A stretch of DNA of 64,000 bases from Eledone cirrhosa (GCA_964016885.1 OZ024742.1:353958001-354022000); one strand, 5' to 3'; counted from the stretch's first letter, positions 14,341 through 28,417 are shown. Notes: generated from the letters alone by a model not told the origin. A program made the numbers and translations.

Positions 14341-14568
14341 TATCTAAACTTATAAATCTGACGGTCGTATATATGTATATATATGTATGTATGTATGTAT
14401 ATTAACAATACAGCTTAACTCTTTCTGTTTAAACTCATTTCTACGGAGGCTCTTCCCCTTTGCTACGAAGTCGGAAGGACTATGTGACACGGGAGGGTGT
14501 GTGTTATATTTGCAGTGGAGTTGTGGGGGCCGGTATACTTTGCCGGGGGCAAGTCAGACGGGCCAGGA

Positions 14569-14571
<3 letters not shown>
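14341..14571 (+). mobile_element. Short non-autonomous Helitron-like remnant
   Basis: 5' taaatctgacgg(t/c)cgtat is shared with 45134-45152. The 3' end is GC-rich (gcaagtcagacgggccaggagt) and similar to 46192-46214. Confidence 0.4.
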
Positions 14572-14621
<50 letters not shown>

Positions 14622-16463
14622 AATTTACAACACTAAAATCGCTTATACACATATATTTTTTGTGAGCATACTTGCTATTAATTCTAAAATGTTATCACGA
14701 AATGTTAACTATTTTATTTGCCACTTATATATCCCACTGCATCTCCACTTTATCCGAAATACGAAAATGCAATAAATCTAAAATTTCATATTCTTTAAAT
14801 ACAAAACAGTGAAAACAAATGGAAGGATATTCACACGTAATTATAATTTCCGATATGAAGTAACAGTGTATGTAATGACACTATAATAACAAGCATTTTA
14901 TTTGAATGATAATTTCCATTGAGTATTAAAATAAAGTAAATGATGTTGTGTTGACGAAAAGAAAATATCCTGAAATACTTGAGAAAGAATTGCATTTATG
15001 ATGACAGTATTTAACACACTTTTCGAATGATGGCAACGAAATAACAATCACAACTATATTGAAAAATGTAATCAGTAATGAATGTTGAAACACGTGAATC
15101 TGTATACTTTCTCAATCTATTTTCTGAATCATAATACTATAATATTATTCATTCAAATGTAATGATGTTTCAGATATTGGAGAAATATGTTATACTTAAC
15201 AAACGAAAGGCATTACATGAAAGTATTGAGTAAAATTCACAAAGGGATATATAAGAATTAATAATTTTAAGATTAAACTTTGTATGATTTTGAAACGGCC
15301 ACGTAAATATTTCTGGCGTATCAAATAGGAGTTGAAATTTATTTTTTCTGAAAATGCAGACTCCACCCGCGATCATAAGTATAATATAACATTATTTAAC
15401 GTGCACGTAAAGAGCACTTTGATTTAGATTAAACCTTATGCTTTTCAAATTTCGACTGTTGAATGCTAGTAATATAGACAATGTCAATCTAAGAATAATA
15501 CTTAAACTCTGGAATATCCTAGCTCATAATGGAGTATACATATTTTTCTTCAAATAATGACATTAGTCAGATAAATCTTGTCGCTTTACTTCCTTTATAT
15601 TTTGGCGTGTATTTTTAGCGATCAGAATAATATAGTTTTGTACTTAGAGACACAGTTCTTTACTTATACACTTGTTTCATATAATCTTGTGCCCAAATTT
15701 AGAAAAAACAAGACAAAAAAACGTTTCTCCTGAAACATCAAAGAAAATTGTTTCACTTTATTCCGGTACAGTTCTTTGTAATCTTCCTATCAAATGAATC
15801 GAAAATGAAACGAAAATAATACTGTTTAGAAACGTTTCATTGAATGTTACCTCTAGTATAGTATTGTCTTTCCCTCTCCCACTTTACGTATGCCTGTCTA
15901 TCACATTCTTCAACAGAATTTAATGAAATCCAGTGAAGAATCAATAGAGCCTTAACTCATGATAAAATAAAGTTTAAAATACTAATCCTTCAATTTGGGA
16001 CAACTACACATGCTCTGTATAGTCTTGAAAAAAATATTTCACGTAAACTTTCAGTGGAGATGGTCACGGTTGGAATACGATCGTCAGCAGAGCTCAACAC
16101 GATAGCCAGATTCTCACTGGTTAATATGCCAGAAAGGGAATTTAAAAGCAGTCTAGTTTAACACCATGCGTGATTATGAAAATAAAACGCACATGTGGAA
16201 AAACAGGGCTAGTGACGTCAGAATGAGATGAATGTTTGTTTACATGAAACAACAGTCAAAAAAATTCCGGAAAAAATTCTACAATAAGGAGTTCAGCAAA
16301 AAGGAATATTATAGCGTTTTTTTTTTTTAAATACCGGGATTAGTCACAAATAATTTAAGCACTCTAGGAAAGAAATCCTAGAATAAATATATAAATGAAA
16401 GGTATAGAAAGTATTGTAGCAAGAAGCCAACAGTATTCCTTAACATATAAGTGACTATAGCAT

Positions 16464-16519
<56 letters not shown>

Positions 16520-16864
16520 TTCTCGATAAGAGGCCAGCTTTTTACCACTGGGGATTCATAACAAGCTAATATCCAGTTCTGAACGCAATCCCAAATCCAA
16601 ATATGCAATTTAGCCTGTTATATATTGACTGAAATCTAGTTTTCTTGATGTCTAAGTTTAACGCCTGAAATTTAGAGCTTTTAGATTTTCGGGTTGTGAC
16701 TCCTTACATATTTCTATGATCAGTTATATTAATCATAACAGTAGGTAAGTGTCTCACTTTGTTGTTGTTGTTACATCTCACACTTATGCAGGTTTAGCTT
16801 GCCTCCTCCAAGGTATATCTCGTTGAAGGTGTCTTGGGTGATTTAATGATAGGGACCCCAGTCC

Positions 16865-17008
16865 TATCATCTCATTTATGCAGCTGAGTAAACTGGAGCA
16901 ACGTGAAATAAAATGTTTGTTCAAGGAAACAACACATCACCCGGTCCGAGAAATGAACTCGCAACCTTTCGATTCAAGCCCAATGCTCTAACCGCTAGCC
17001 ATGCACGT
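16865..17008 (-). mobile_element. tRNA-derived SINE fragment (family of 20039-20310)
   Basis: The reverse strand reads cgtgcatggctagcggttagagca...gcgagttcattt...gtgttgtttccttgaacaaacattttatttcacgttgctccag. Confidence 0.6.
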
Positions 17009-17532
17009 TTGGGGTTGATGGTCTGTGCATTATCCCACCGTAAATGCGTAGCGGTTACGGATGCACTGCAAATCTCAGGGCCACCAAAGCTAGCAGTAAA
17101 CAAATTTGGCAGGTTTTAAGTCCTACTGACCGTATAGTGTTGTTGGGCAAGGTGGTGGGAGAATGGTAGTTAGAGAGAACATATAAGGCTGGTAGTATCC
17201 TTGGTGTTGGTTGAGTGGTCAGCCACCCACAATTCTGCGACTGCTGGGATGTTCTGAAAGAAGTGAGCGGACACCCAAAGCAAAAACCTGGATTTTTTTG
17301 GCCCACTCCCTCCCACCCATAATTGTCTCTGAAATGATTACTCTTATTAAATTTCGGCTGTTTGAAGAAATGATGCTAGCTATCGTCATGGAAATATGTA
17401 TAATGGCTCAATGAATAAAGGACCCTAACATATTCAATTTAGCATTTTCCTTTAAATATATTCTTCGTCAACCTTGTTTTTAAGAAGTAATATGACGTCG
17501 AGTGCTAGAAGTGAATTGCATATTTGTATACC

Positions 17533-17570
<38 letters not shown>

Positions 17571-17619
17571 AGCAGTATTGCAGAACGAAATTTTCATTCC
17601 ATATATATATACATTTATA

Positions 17620-18772
17620 TTAAAATAAAAGATTAAAGTTTAAGCAAAGAATTGGTGCTTTCACACTTAACGGGATCTTCTGAAACTAAAAAAGTCAATC
17701 TTTGAAGGCAGAAGTAAATATTTCGAAAAACGTTGCAACCGGAGGAATATAGGAAGACGATACTTTGGTTCGTGCAAACGGTCCCTGGTAAAGAACGGGA
17801 AAAAAACGAATATAATACGTCATTATTTGGAGCAGTTATTTGCACGGGTTATATACGTATTTATTTATTTATATACGTTTATTTAATTATATGTATACAC
17901 GCACACACACACAGATATATATATTTTGTTTTTAATATATATTTTTATGTGTATGTGGGTACGGGCGTTGCGTTGGTTCTGTATGTGCGTGCGGGTTTTT
18001 TTTGTTTGTATTGTGTACGTGCTTGTTTTTGTATACTTATGGCGAGTGTTTTCGCGTATGCTTGTGTATGTACGTATATGCATGCGGGTATGTATTTATT
18101 TAATTTCAATTACATCTGTATTTTATTTACTTTATTCTTAACTCTGAAGCCGAGAATCATTCGGTTTCCTAGTTAGAATTTTAATCTACGACTTCAGTTA
18201 TACCTTTTACGTGGTTTTGCCTTTGCGTGCAATTCTTCTCCACGTTCCACATATGACGTATTATCTTCGTCTTTTTCTGTTTTTTTTTTTTCGTTCATTG
18301 CCAGAGAACGCCTCCATGAACCACCTAATAGAATATTAGTCTACGACTTTTTTATACCACAAACATGGTTTTCTCTTTGCGTGTAATTGGTTTTCACTGC
18401 TCCAAATAATTGTTTCTACTCTTGGCACAAGGCCAGCAATTATCCCAGTTACTGGTACTTTATTCACTGCTCCAAATAATTACGTATTATGTTCGTTTTT
18501 TCCCGTTCTTTATCAGGGAACGTTTCCACGAACCAAAGTATCGTCTTCCCGTCTTCCTCCGGTTGCAACGTGTTTTTGAAATATTTAATTCTGCGTTCAC
18601 AGATTGACATTTTTAGTTTCAGAAGATCCTGTTAAGGGTGAAAGCAGTAATTCTTTGCTTAAACTTTAATCTGTTATTTTAATAAATATTTGCTCTACGG
18701 TTCTTATTTATTTGATATATATATATCCTTATCGAGCCCTCTTTGGAATTTAGTCTTCAAATTTATTATTAT

Positions 18773-18776
<4 letters not shown>
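17620..18776. mobile_element. Solo pseudo-LTR of the Naiad-like family at 9399-10680, in inverted (foldback) arrangement
   Basis: 17620-17835 matches 10140-10350. ~18055-18776 is the reverse complement of ~10047-10680. (TA)n lies on both sides. Confidence 0.8.
18412..18462 (-). mobile_element. 51 bp 3' fragment of SINE with 19 bp target-site duplication
   Basis: ttcactgctccaaataatt at 18393-18411 and 18463-18481 flanks gtttctactcttggcacaaggccagc...actggtacttta. Confidence 0.8.
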
Positions 18777-18806
<30 letters not shown>

Positions 18807-18840
18807 TAAACAAATAAAGATGTGACACAAGAGTTGTGAT

Positions 18841-19208
18841 ATATTAGAAAAAAGGAAAAGAAGTGCTGACGAAATGTTTCCCAGTGAAATATAGTTTAAT
18901 TAGGAATACGTATAAGTATTAGTTAGTATTCGGTTTTAGTTTTAAGTTTTTACCGATTGCGCATTTCTTATGCTTTTCAAAAATAATTTTGAGATAGAGT
19001 GCTCGTGATTTTTGCTCTAATATGATTAGAGCAAAAATCACGAGCACTCTATCTAAAAATTATTTTTGAAAATCATAAGAGTTGCGCAACCGGTAAAAAC
19101 TTAATACTAAAACTGAATACTAACTAATACTTATTACTAATTTATACTTATTCCTAATTAAACTATTTTTCACTGGGAAACACTTGTCAGCATTTTTTTT
19201 CCTTTTTA

Positions 19209-19215
<7 letters not shown>
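18841..19215. repeat. Foldback element (~185 bp arms) with a decayed U3-A8 hammerhead in each arm
   Basis: Centre near 19023 (gctctaatatgattagagc). Motif TTGAAAA gcat-aagaa-atgc GCAA tcgg TA aaaa on the minus strand (~18947-18983), mirrored at ~19062-19100. Confidence 0.8.
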
Positions 19216-19291
<76 letters not shown>

Positions 19292-19988
19292 ATGGAGCAG
19301 TATTGCAGAAATAAGTTTTCATTGGATAATACAACCACGACAATCACAGAATATTATCGAACACAAGGGTAGATCATTCACATTTGATTCCTAATAATGG
19401 AATGACAAGAACATTCCTTCTCTGAAAACGAAAGCGTTGTGTTACCACCATGTCATTAACATTGCAGACTACAGTGAAATAAGATTAAATATGTTAATAC
19501 TTATGATACAACATAAACAACAAAATTCGATTATAATGCCGGAATTCCGAAACTCTTCAACGGCACTTTGATATATTCCCTATTATAACGGCGAGAGGGG
19601 GTATTTGTCAGAAACTATCAGAAAGTTGAATAAATTAATTTTTACAGCATCACATATCACTTGAATGGTGTGGTCCACGTTAGACATAATGCTTATATCT
19701 AAAGTCACAATCGAACCAAATTTACTCGTTGAATTATAAGCCATCCTTTGTGAATAAGAATCAGAAATTTATATAAAATGTTTTTCAGTTAACGAGACTC
19801 AAATATTCTCGTGTGTATCAATTGTGTCTGTCTTACCTACGTCTAATCAGCTTGTAAGTTGAACTTCCTTATCATTTCAATGTATTCACATAATTTAATT
19901 CCAAGCATTTTACACTAAATTTATATACTTTCATACATATACACACACACACACACACATACACACACACACACTCACATACACACAC

Positions 19989-20022
<34 letters not shown>

Positions 20023-20038
20023 GTGTGTGTGTGTGTGT

Positions 20039-20310
20039 GGAGACACGTGGCCTAGCGGAAAGTGTTTTGGTCTTCGATCACATTGTCGTGGGTTCGAGTC
20101 CTCGGTTGTGTGTTGTGTTCTTGAGCAAGATACTTCATTTCACGATGTAGCAATATAATCAGCTGAAAATGCGTATCAGCAATAGATAGGGGTTTAAACC
20201 TGCGATAGAGTGGCGTCCTTTCCGGACGGGGTGTCGTGTACTCACAGTCACTTCACGCCCTAGAATCGTGATAAGCACCGGCGAAATGAGCCTTCTGGAG
20301 TAGCGAAACA
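20039..20310 (+). mobile_element. tRNA-derived SINE
   Basis: A box tggcctagcgg, B box ggttcgagtcc, followed by gtgttcttgagcaagatactt and cctgcgatagagtggcgtcc conserved-domain-like blocks. Confidence 0.7.
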
Positions 20311-20332
20311 ATTGTAAACGGACATTATTTAT

Positions 20333-20537
20333 GTGGATTGGCAGTATCGGTAGAGGGTCGGACGCCATGCTTTCCAGCATAGTTACGTCCCTTTACGATC
20401 TGAGTTCAAATCCCGCCGAGGTTGACTTTGCCTTTCATCCTTACGGGGTCGATAAAATAAAGTACCAGTAATGCACTGGGTAGTTGCTGGCCTTGTGCCT
20501 AAAGTAGAAACAATTATTTATATTATTATTATTATTA
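20333..20537 (+). mobile_element. tRNA-derived SINE (second family) with (TTA)n tail
   Basis: A box tggcagtatcgg, B box gagttcaaatccc. The body gactttgcctttcatcc...gtcgataaaataaagtaccagt...ggccttgtgccta recurs at 50441-50631(-), 44301-44400(-), 31190-31345(-) and 45727-45783(-); the head recurs at 12053-12092. Confidence 0.85.
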
Positions 20538-20805
20538 TTCTCTACATTCCTTACATTAAACTTAAACTATGTTGACAATTTTTAATAATGTCTTCCTTGT
20601 AACATGTGTGGTCTTGTTTTGCTTAACTAATGAATATTTCCAACTCTGTGCACCTAACCTCTGCATGAACCCAGCTACCTAGCTGCCTTCCACTGCTTAT
20701 TGCACAATGTGCATAAGCCTTTACGCTTTGGCTTCTAACTAATTCACCAATCACTTTTCTCCTCTCCTATCTCCAGCTCTCTCTTTAAGATTTGTTACCC
20801 TTGAA

Positions 20806-20893
<88 letters not shown>

Positions 20894-20895
<2 letters not shown>

Positions 20896-21200
20896 TACTG
20901 GTGCTACTGGTAACATGTATCCCAGTACAACCTGTCCCATGATCGGTTCGTTGGCGACTAAACTGGCCACCCCACCAAGGTTTCTTGGTGAGGAGGGTGT
21001 TTGGACATCCTGCAGGACTAAAAACAAAACCTGTCAAAGGGCAAAGGAGCTCTTAAGAGTCAATGCCCATCCAAAATCACTGGGAGAGATGAAGAGATGA
21101 CCCTTAGCCTTTGTCAAGGCAGAATTCTAAGAGAAGGAAAACTCTGATATAACACCTGCAACCCTGATGGTATCCAATGATGTTGACTTGTGCTCCTTTT
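20894..21200 (+). mobile_element. LINE (RTE/CR1-like) 5' UTR remnant with possible decayed HDV-like ribozyme
   Basis: ggcgactaaactggccacc and agaaggaaaactctgat motifs recalled from LINE 5' UTRs. P2-like ccagt/actgg and J4/2-like CTAA are present. Confidence 0.45.
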
Positions 21201-21770
21201 TGGGAAATATCATCTTGGTTAAGAGAGCGGGGCTGGCTTTGTGCAGTGCCTTTGCTCACTATAAAAGCTTCAGGGCACAGGCATTGCTTTGTATCTGGAG
21301 ATATCTCTGCACTTGTCGTCACATGGTACCATGGGCCCAGCACTATGTGTCAATAATTGTCACAAGTGTAGTGTTTGTAGCAGTTTTCAAGTCGCTGGCT
21401 GGACTAAAAAGTCACACTCGTTCAGCGCATCGGTAGGGGTTCTCCTACATTGATATAAAGTAGTGGCCGTACTCGAAAACGAGTTGGCCGCCTGTATGTA
21501 TATATATATGTTTATATCGGAGTTATCCCAGTTTCCTGAGTTGTCTTCTCCTAAAAGGATGCCCTGACAAAGGCTCTGTAGTTAGCGATGATGTTGATCT
21601 TTTCTTCTTTTCGGGTTATAGTTACTGTCGCTCGGAGTGTGGGATTGGCACAGTGCACACTTTCCTCACTTTAAAAAGAATCTTCACACACAGGCATTAC
21701 ACGATATAATTAATTAATAATTGTTAATAATGTTATATCGTGCATGGCCATACTCGATAACGAGGGGGCA

Positions 21771-22695
<925 letters not shown>

Positions 22696-22831
22696 AGTGT
22701 AATTTTCTACACAAAACGAAGGTTATAGAGAAAATTGAGGTTGGTAATGGCACATGGAATATATAAGAGACAGAATACTTTTTTGTGAAAAAACATAATT
22801 TTATAAGGTAAGGAAATAATAAAGAGTATAA

Positions 22832-22879
22832 AAAATGACCGGTTTCGATGGGTCTGCAAAAGCCATCTTTTCAAATGTT
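22832..22879 (-). ncRNA. Type I hammerhead ribozyme (U3-A8), mirror copy of 24221-24268
   Basis: Reverse complement of the 24221-24268 motif. Confidence 0.75.
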
Positions 22880-23143
22880 GATTAATATTAAGAAAAATTA
22901 ATAATACGAAGAGTTAAAATTTGAGACTTGAAAATTCAAGTATAAAATTCATTGTGGGATTTCATAGCAGTTTTCATCTAGGTAGCAACAACAGGTTGAC
23001 TGCTGTGTCCCTTTCTGGTAGTGAATGAGAAGTTATTTGGGGTGTGGGTTATTTTATAAAGGTCAGATTTAGCAATAGCCAGCTGCTGGTCAGTGAGGGG
23101 GTGGAAGCAATATACACACACATACCTTCATCCACACATACAT

Positions 23144-23190
<47 letters not shown>

Positions 23191-23253
23191 CACACATACA
23201 TACACACACACATACATATACATACACACACACACACACACATATATACACAT

Positions 23254-23324
<71 letters not shown>

Positions 23325-23365
23325 TATATATACATACACATACATCCAGATACACACATACATAT

Positions 23366-23449
<84 letters not shown>

Positions 23450-23905
23450 GCCCACACATACATACACACACACATATATATATATACATACACACATACA
23501 AACATACACACACACACACACACACATATATATACACACATACACACACATATATATACACACACACACACACATGCATATATATATATATATACACATA
23601 CACATACATCCAGATACCCACATACATACACACACACACACACACACGCACACACAATACATACATCCACATGCACACACATACTCACACACACACACAC
23701 ACACATACATACACCCACACACAGAGAAATGGCCTTCAAATATATATATATATATATACATACAGACACATATATTTTTTCCATAATATAAGAAGTTGGG
23801 GCAGTGAAATTAAAATAATTCTGTGTGCGCATATATATATAGATATACGTATATATATGTGTGTGTGTGTGTATGTATATGTATGTGTGTGTGTATGTAT
23901 GTGTG

Positions 23906-23948
<43 letters not shown>

Positions 23949-24220
23949 GTATGTGTATGTATGTGTGGATGAAGGTATGTGTGTGTATATTGCTTCCACC
24001 CCCTCACTGACCAGCAGCTGGCTATTGCTAAATCTGACCTTTATAAAATAACCCACACCCCAAATAACTTCTCATTCACTACCAGAAAGGGACACAGCAG
24101 TCAACCTGTTGTTGCTACCTAGATGAAAACTGCTATGAAATCCCACAATGAATTTTATACTTGAATTTTCAAGTCTCAAATTTTAACTCTTCGTATTATT
24201 AATTTTTCTTAATATTAATC

Positions 24221-24268
24221 AACATTTGAAAAGATGGCTTTTGCAGACCCATCGAAACCGGTCATTTT
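24221..24268 (+). ncRNA. Minimal type I hammerhead ribozyme (U3-A8)
   Basis: aacat TTGAAAA gatgg-11nt-ccatc GAAA ccgg TC atttt. Stem I has one mismatch. Confidence 0.78.
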
Positions 24269-24368
24269 TTATACCCTTTATTATTTCCTTACCTTATAAA
24301 ATTATGTTTTTTCACAAAAAAGTATTCTGTCTCTTATATATTCCATGTGCCATTACCAACCTCAATTT

Positions 24369-24450
<82 letters not shown>

Positions 24451-24452
<2 letters not shown>

Positions 24453-25135
24453 CTTTCCCACGTGCGTACGCTCTGCTAAATATCTAGCCCACTAAATATT
24501 TACACTTCGAATATTTAATACTGCCGGCACTAGTATCGAGCATCTTTGGCATACGCTACTTGGCAAATAACTATATGTATCACCTATTCCCCCTTTTTTT
24601 CTATTTCTCTATACGTAAATACTATATTACCGTGCTCCTTTTGTAGAGCACCTCACCTTATTTGCCATTATATTGGAGAACCAGCCGTTACCCGTGTCTC
24701 TCAAATGTATCCCCTTACCCAGCAGAAAAACCTAGCTTAAACTGCTTATAGATGCTACTAATTCGTTGACCTGCTGCAAAATCAAAACAAGATATTTTTG
24801 CGAGCAATGAACCTTGATGTGGATTTAACCCCCAAAACTCTTTCCGAGCAATATAAGGAACACTTGTGATTATTTATGCCATTGAGAAGCCCAACTGGGC
24901 GAAACGAACGTAGGTGATATTTTAAATAAACATGTTTAACGGTCTATTCTCCGATTTTTTACTTTCCTACGTGCTTACGCTCTGCTAACTCTCTAGCCCA
25001 CTAAATATTTACACTTCGAATAGTTAATACTGCTGGCACTAGTATCGAGCACCTTTGGCATACGCTACTTGGCAAATAACTATATGTATCACCTATCCAC
25101 CTCTTTTTTTCTCTTTCTCGATACGTAAATACTAT
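24451..25135 (+). repeat. ~509 bp tandem unit (about 1.3 copies) containing a hammerhead-like motif at 24878-24916
   Basis: 24452-24626 is repeated at 24961-25135. Motif TTGAGAA gccc-aact-gggc GAAA cg-aa-cg TA, with a poorly paired stem I. Confidence 0.7.
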
Positions 25136-25227
25136 ATATATATATATATATATATACGTAGGTCCCGGGTTGAGTCGGCGATAACCACAGTAAGTAAGGT
25201 ACTCAATACATGGCAGAGTAAAAATGT

Positions 25228-25357
25228 TTTATTTTATAGAAGGAGCTTCTACGGGACTAGTACTGTTTCATTCCGATGAAATCTTCAGTGCTTCCTGAAG
25301 ATTTCATCTGAATGAAACAGTACTAGTCCTGTAGAAGCTCCTTCTTTAAAATAAAAA
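25228..25357. repeat. Small foldback made of two back-to-back hammerhead cores
   Basis: Plus arm: CTGAAGA t-ttc-atct-gaa-t GAAA c-agtacta-g TC. The minus arm mirrors it. The 5' strand of stem I is lost at the inversion point. Confidence 0.7.
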
Positions 25358-25368
25358 ATAAAAAAAAT

Positions 25369-25405
<37 letters not shown>

Positions 25406-25599
25406 CTAGGGAATGTAACTTGGAGTTACTGCAGGTTCACCCGGGTCAGCACTGAATGTTTAGGTTCACTTCTGTGTTGAGGTCTAGAGCTATACAGAGT
25501 GTAATTTATCATATAGCATGTATTCATTTTCTTATAATATTTCACGTGGGTAGCTATATCGCCTCCACAGAACATGATGTTAATATAGACTGGGAAAAA

Positions 25600-26103
25600 C
25601 CTGGGGAGCATTGAATGCAATGGAAAAGATATGGAAATCAAACCTGCCAGCCAAACTGAAAAGGAATTACTTCAGAGATGCTGTGGTATCTGTGCTTGTT
25701 TATGGCTCTATCACTTGGACGCTCACGTCGAAACTGGAGAAAAAGCAAGTCGGGGCATACACACGTGTACTCCGTGCTGCTTTAAACGTGTCTTGGAGGG
25801 AACAACCAACAAATAAAGATCTCTATGGCAATATACCACCTATAAGCAGGTCAATACGTGGACAGAGACTCAGATTTGCTGGCCACTGTTTGCCCAGCAA
25901 GGAAGAAATAGCAGGTGATGTGTTGTTATGGAGTCCATCCCATGGAGCAAGAAACGCTGGTCGTCCCAAGAAGACATACGTCAAGCAACTTGAGGACGAT
26001 ACTGGATGCAATGTGGCAGAACTGGCAAATGTTATGAGAGACAGAGATGGATGTAGGAAACGTGTCGTAGAAAGCCGAGGAAGCTCGACCTGATGATGAT
26101 GAT
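25600..26103 (+). mobile_element. 3' end of RTE-clade LINE with (TGA)n tail
   Basis: VLVYGSITWTLT, RLRFAGHC, GRPKKTY and RDGCRKRV, followed by tgatgatgatgat. Confidence 0.85.
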
Positions 26104-26261
26104 TTTATAGGGTCCGTCGAGCTTCCGATTATAGAGTCGGGTAAGATCGATACAGATCGAAACTTGAGCTGATCAGTGGCGAAACGTGCGTCACCTACCA
26201 ATAACTTTAATGAAGGAGTAACCAATCGTCCTTGCTATCCTTTCAATATATATACATATAT

Positions 26262-26494
26262 ATAACGAAAAAAAGATGAAATCGAAAATGCAACTGGAGT
26301 CGTTCTTAAAAAAATATATATATATTTATTTGGTACCTTTACCGGTTTTGGCAGTTCTTCTGCTTTTCAAAAGTAGAGTTGAGATGGAGGGTCTGTGGTT
26401 TTTCTCACATGTGTGAAAAACCACAGACCCTCCATCTCAATTCTACTTTTGAAAAGCAGAAGAACTGCAAAACCAGTAAAGGAACCTAATAAAT
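26262..26494. mobile_element. Solo foldback pseudo-LTR of the Neptune-like family (cf. 6199-6345) with two mutated hammerheads
   Basis: 26262-26410 is the reverse complement of 6199-6345, and 26412-26494 is a direct copy of ~6199-6282. G12 of GAAA is mutated in both arms. Confidence 0.85.
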
Positions 26495-26627
26495 AGTTAG
26501 AGGTTGTGAATGCTTCGTATTATGGATAGTTTTTGCCTACGGCGTTAATAGATTCGACAACGGGTTTACGTAGGTGGCGAGTTTATGATTTCACTTGTAT
26601 TACTATGTAAGTATATATTGGAGTAAT

Positions 26628-28417
26628 GAAATTGAAAAAGTGAAGAATAACATGGTCAACAGTACAAAAAAAGGGATTTATTTACTATCTGACAATTGTT
26701 TCACTGATTAGGTTGTCTAAAAATTGCTGAACACTTCCATCAGTGCCACTCCATTTCAAATACGTTGTTAGCTTAATCAGATCCTCGGAGATAACTGTTA
26801 TATCTTCGGTAATTTTACGTATTCAAATGACAGCATCATTAATAATATTAATAATAAAGATAGAGAGAGAGAGAGAAAAGAGATATAGAGAAAAGAAAGA
26901 AAGAAAAAAAGAAAAGGGAGAAAGGAAAACAGAGAAAGATATAGAGAGAAAGGAGGAGACAAAGAGGAGAGAAAAGGATAAAGGAGAAATAAAGGTAAAT
27001 TAAAATAAAAATAAAGGGAAAATAATGATATCAACAATAAATGAATAAATGCTAATAAATGAATACATGCTAATAAATAAATAAGTGCTAATAAAAAAGT
27101 TACATCGAGGATGATACAAAGCAATACAAAATATGAAAATAAATAAATAAAAAATGTTTATATGTGCGAAGAAAAGTAAACATAGTAAGATTATTGAGAG
27201 CGGTTATGGTGTTGGTGGTAAAAAATAGAGATACGAATTTATAAGCATGGAAATGTTAAATATGTGAGTTATTATAATAAATTTATTATATTATTAATTA
27301 ATGATTGGATTAATTAGTTGTAAGTAATATTAGATGTGAAAATAATATGATAGGATACAATAAGATATAATGCCAGAGATAAAATAAATTTAGGGAGAGA
27401 AATAGAAAGATAGAAAGTGAAAGATAGATATATAAAATATAAATATAAAATATAAGAGGTTATGATGTTGGTTTATTGACGGAAGATGACAATTATAATA
27501 ATAATAATGATGATAATAGGATACCTTAATAGATCTAAGTGGTACAATTTGAGTTATGGAATTGATTGGAGAAATTAAGCTGGTCTAAAGTTTTCCAATT
27601 TGGTCGCCGTTTTATGCCTACAGAAAAGAGTTCTTTCAATTTTGCTGTTAAGTAGCATTTTGTTGTATTTTAACTTTTGGAAAATCTCCATATTAGAAAG
27701 TCCACAGTGGGACATGCCAATTCTATAGGCTATTGCGGTTGATAACTTCGTCCAGCTGATTTTGTATTCCAGGTTTGCATCTCTGAGTTGCCAGATTTTA
27801 TTGGAGAGTGTTGTTGTATTCATGAGCTTTCTGTTATTCATAGAGTGGCTGTGGACATACGACCTTTTCTTGAACCCCGCCCCCGCACCATGGGACCTAT
27901 GTAGTGCCATGCTAAGCTGCCTGAATTTATAGTACATAGGTATACTATATTTGACTCCAAGCATTTATTTTGTAATGGGCATTTATCAGGTAGATGTCAG
28001 TTACATTTAGATGCCTACCTATGTCCCGGTTCCTCGATATAGTTTTGTAAGTTGTTATGTATGAGCTGAGAATTCGGTTTGTTGATGTATTGTGGTGATT
28101 TGTTCTAACGTGTGTTTGGTGGTGATAATGTTATGTGCTTGTGTTTTATATTTGGGGTTATGGTAATTGTTAGCGGGATACTTGTATTATACATTCTCAT
28201 ATAGTTAATTTTACGTATGTGCGATTCTGTATTGTTGGCAGTGGAGTATAACAGTTTGATAGTTTTTCGGGTTAAGCTAACAACGTATTTGAAAGTGAGT
28301 GGCACTGCTTCAAGTGTTCAGCAAATTTGACACAACTTTAATCAGTGAAACAATTGTCTAACTGTACATAAATCCCTTTTTTTGTACTGCTGACCATGTT
28401 ATTCTTCACATTTTTCA

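Larger units (their letters stand above)
22727..24373. repeat. Large near-perfect inverted repeat (~430 bp unique arms) around a compound CA/TA microsatellite spacer
   Basis: 22727-23155 is the reverse complement of ~23940-24373. ORFs 23044(+) and 24056(-) begin with the identical peptide. Confidence 0.92.

Noticed and set aside
16213-16220. TGACGTCA CRE-like sites (also ~13973)
   Set aside because: 8-mers are expected by chance, and there is no associated gene or promoter evidence.
11520-16400. Unique AT-rich stretches (also ~48400-51000, 53700-55000, 58260-59650) as possible host exons
   Set aside because: No recognisable protein motif or convincing splice-bounded frame was found. Small exons cannot be excluded without RNA-seq.
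20039-20105. tRNA gene
   Set aside because: A and B boxes are present, but no full cloverleaf forms and the sequence continues into a SINE body.
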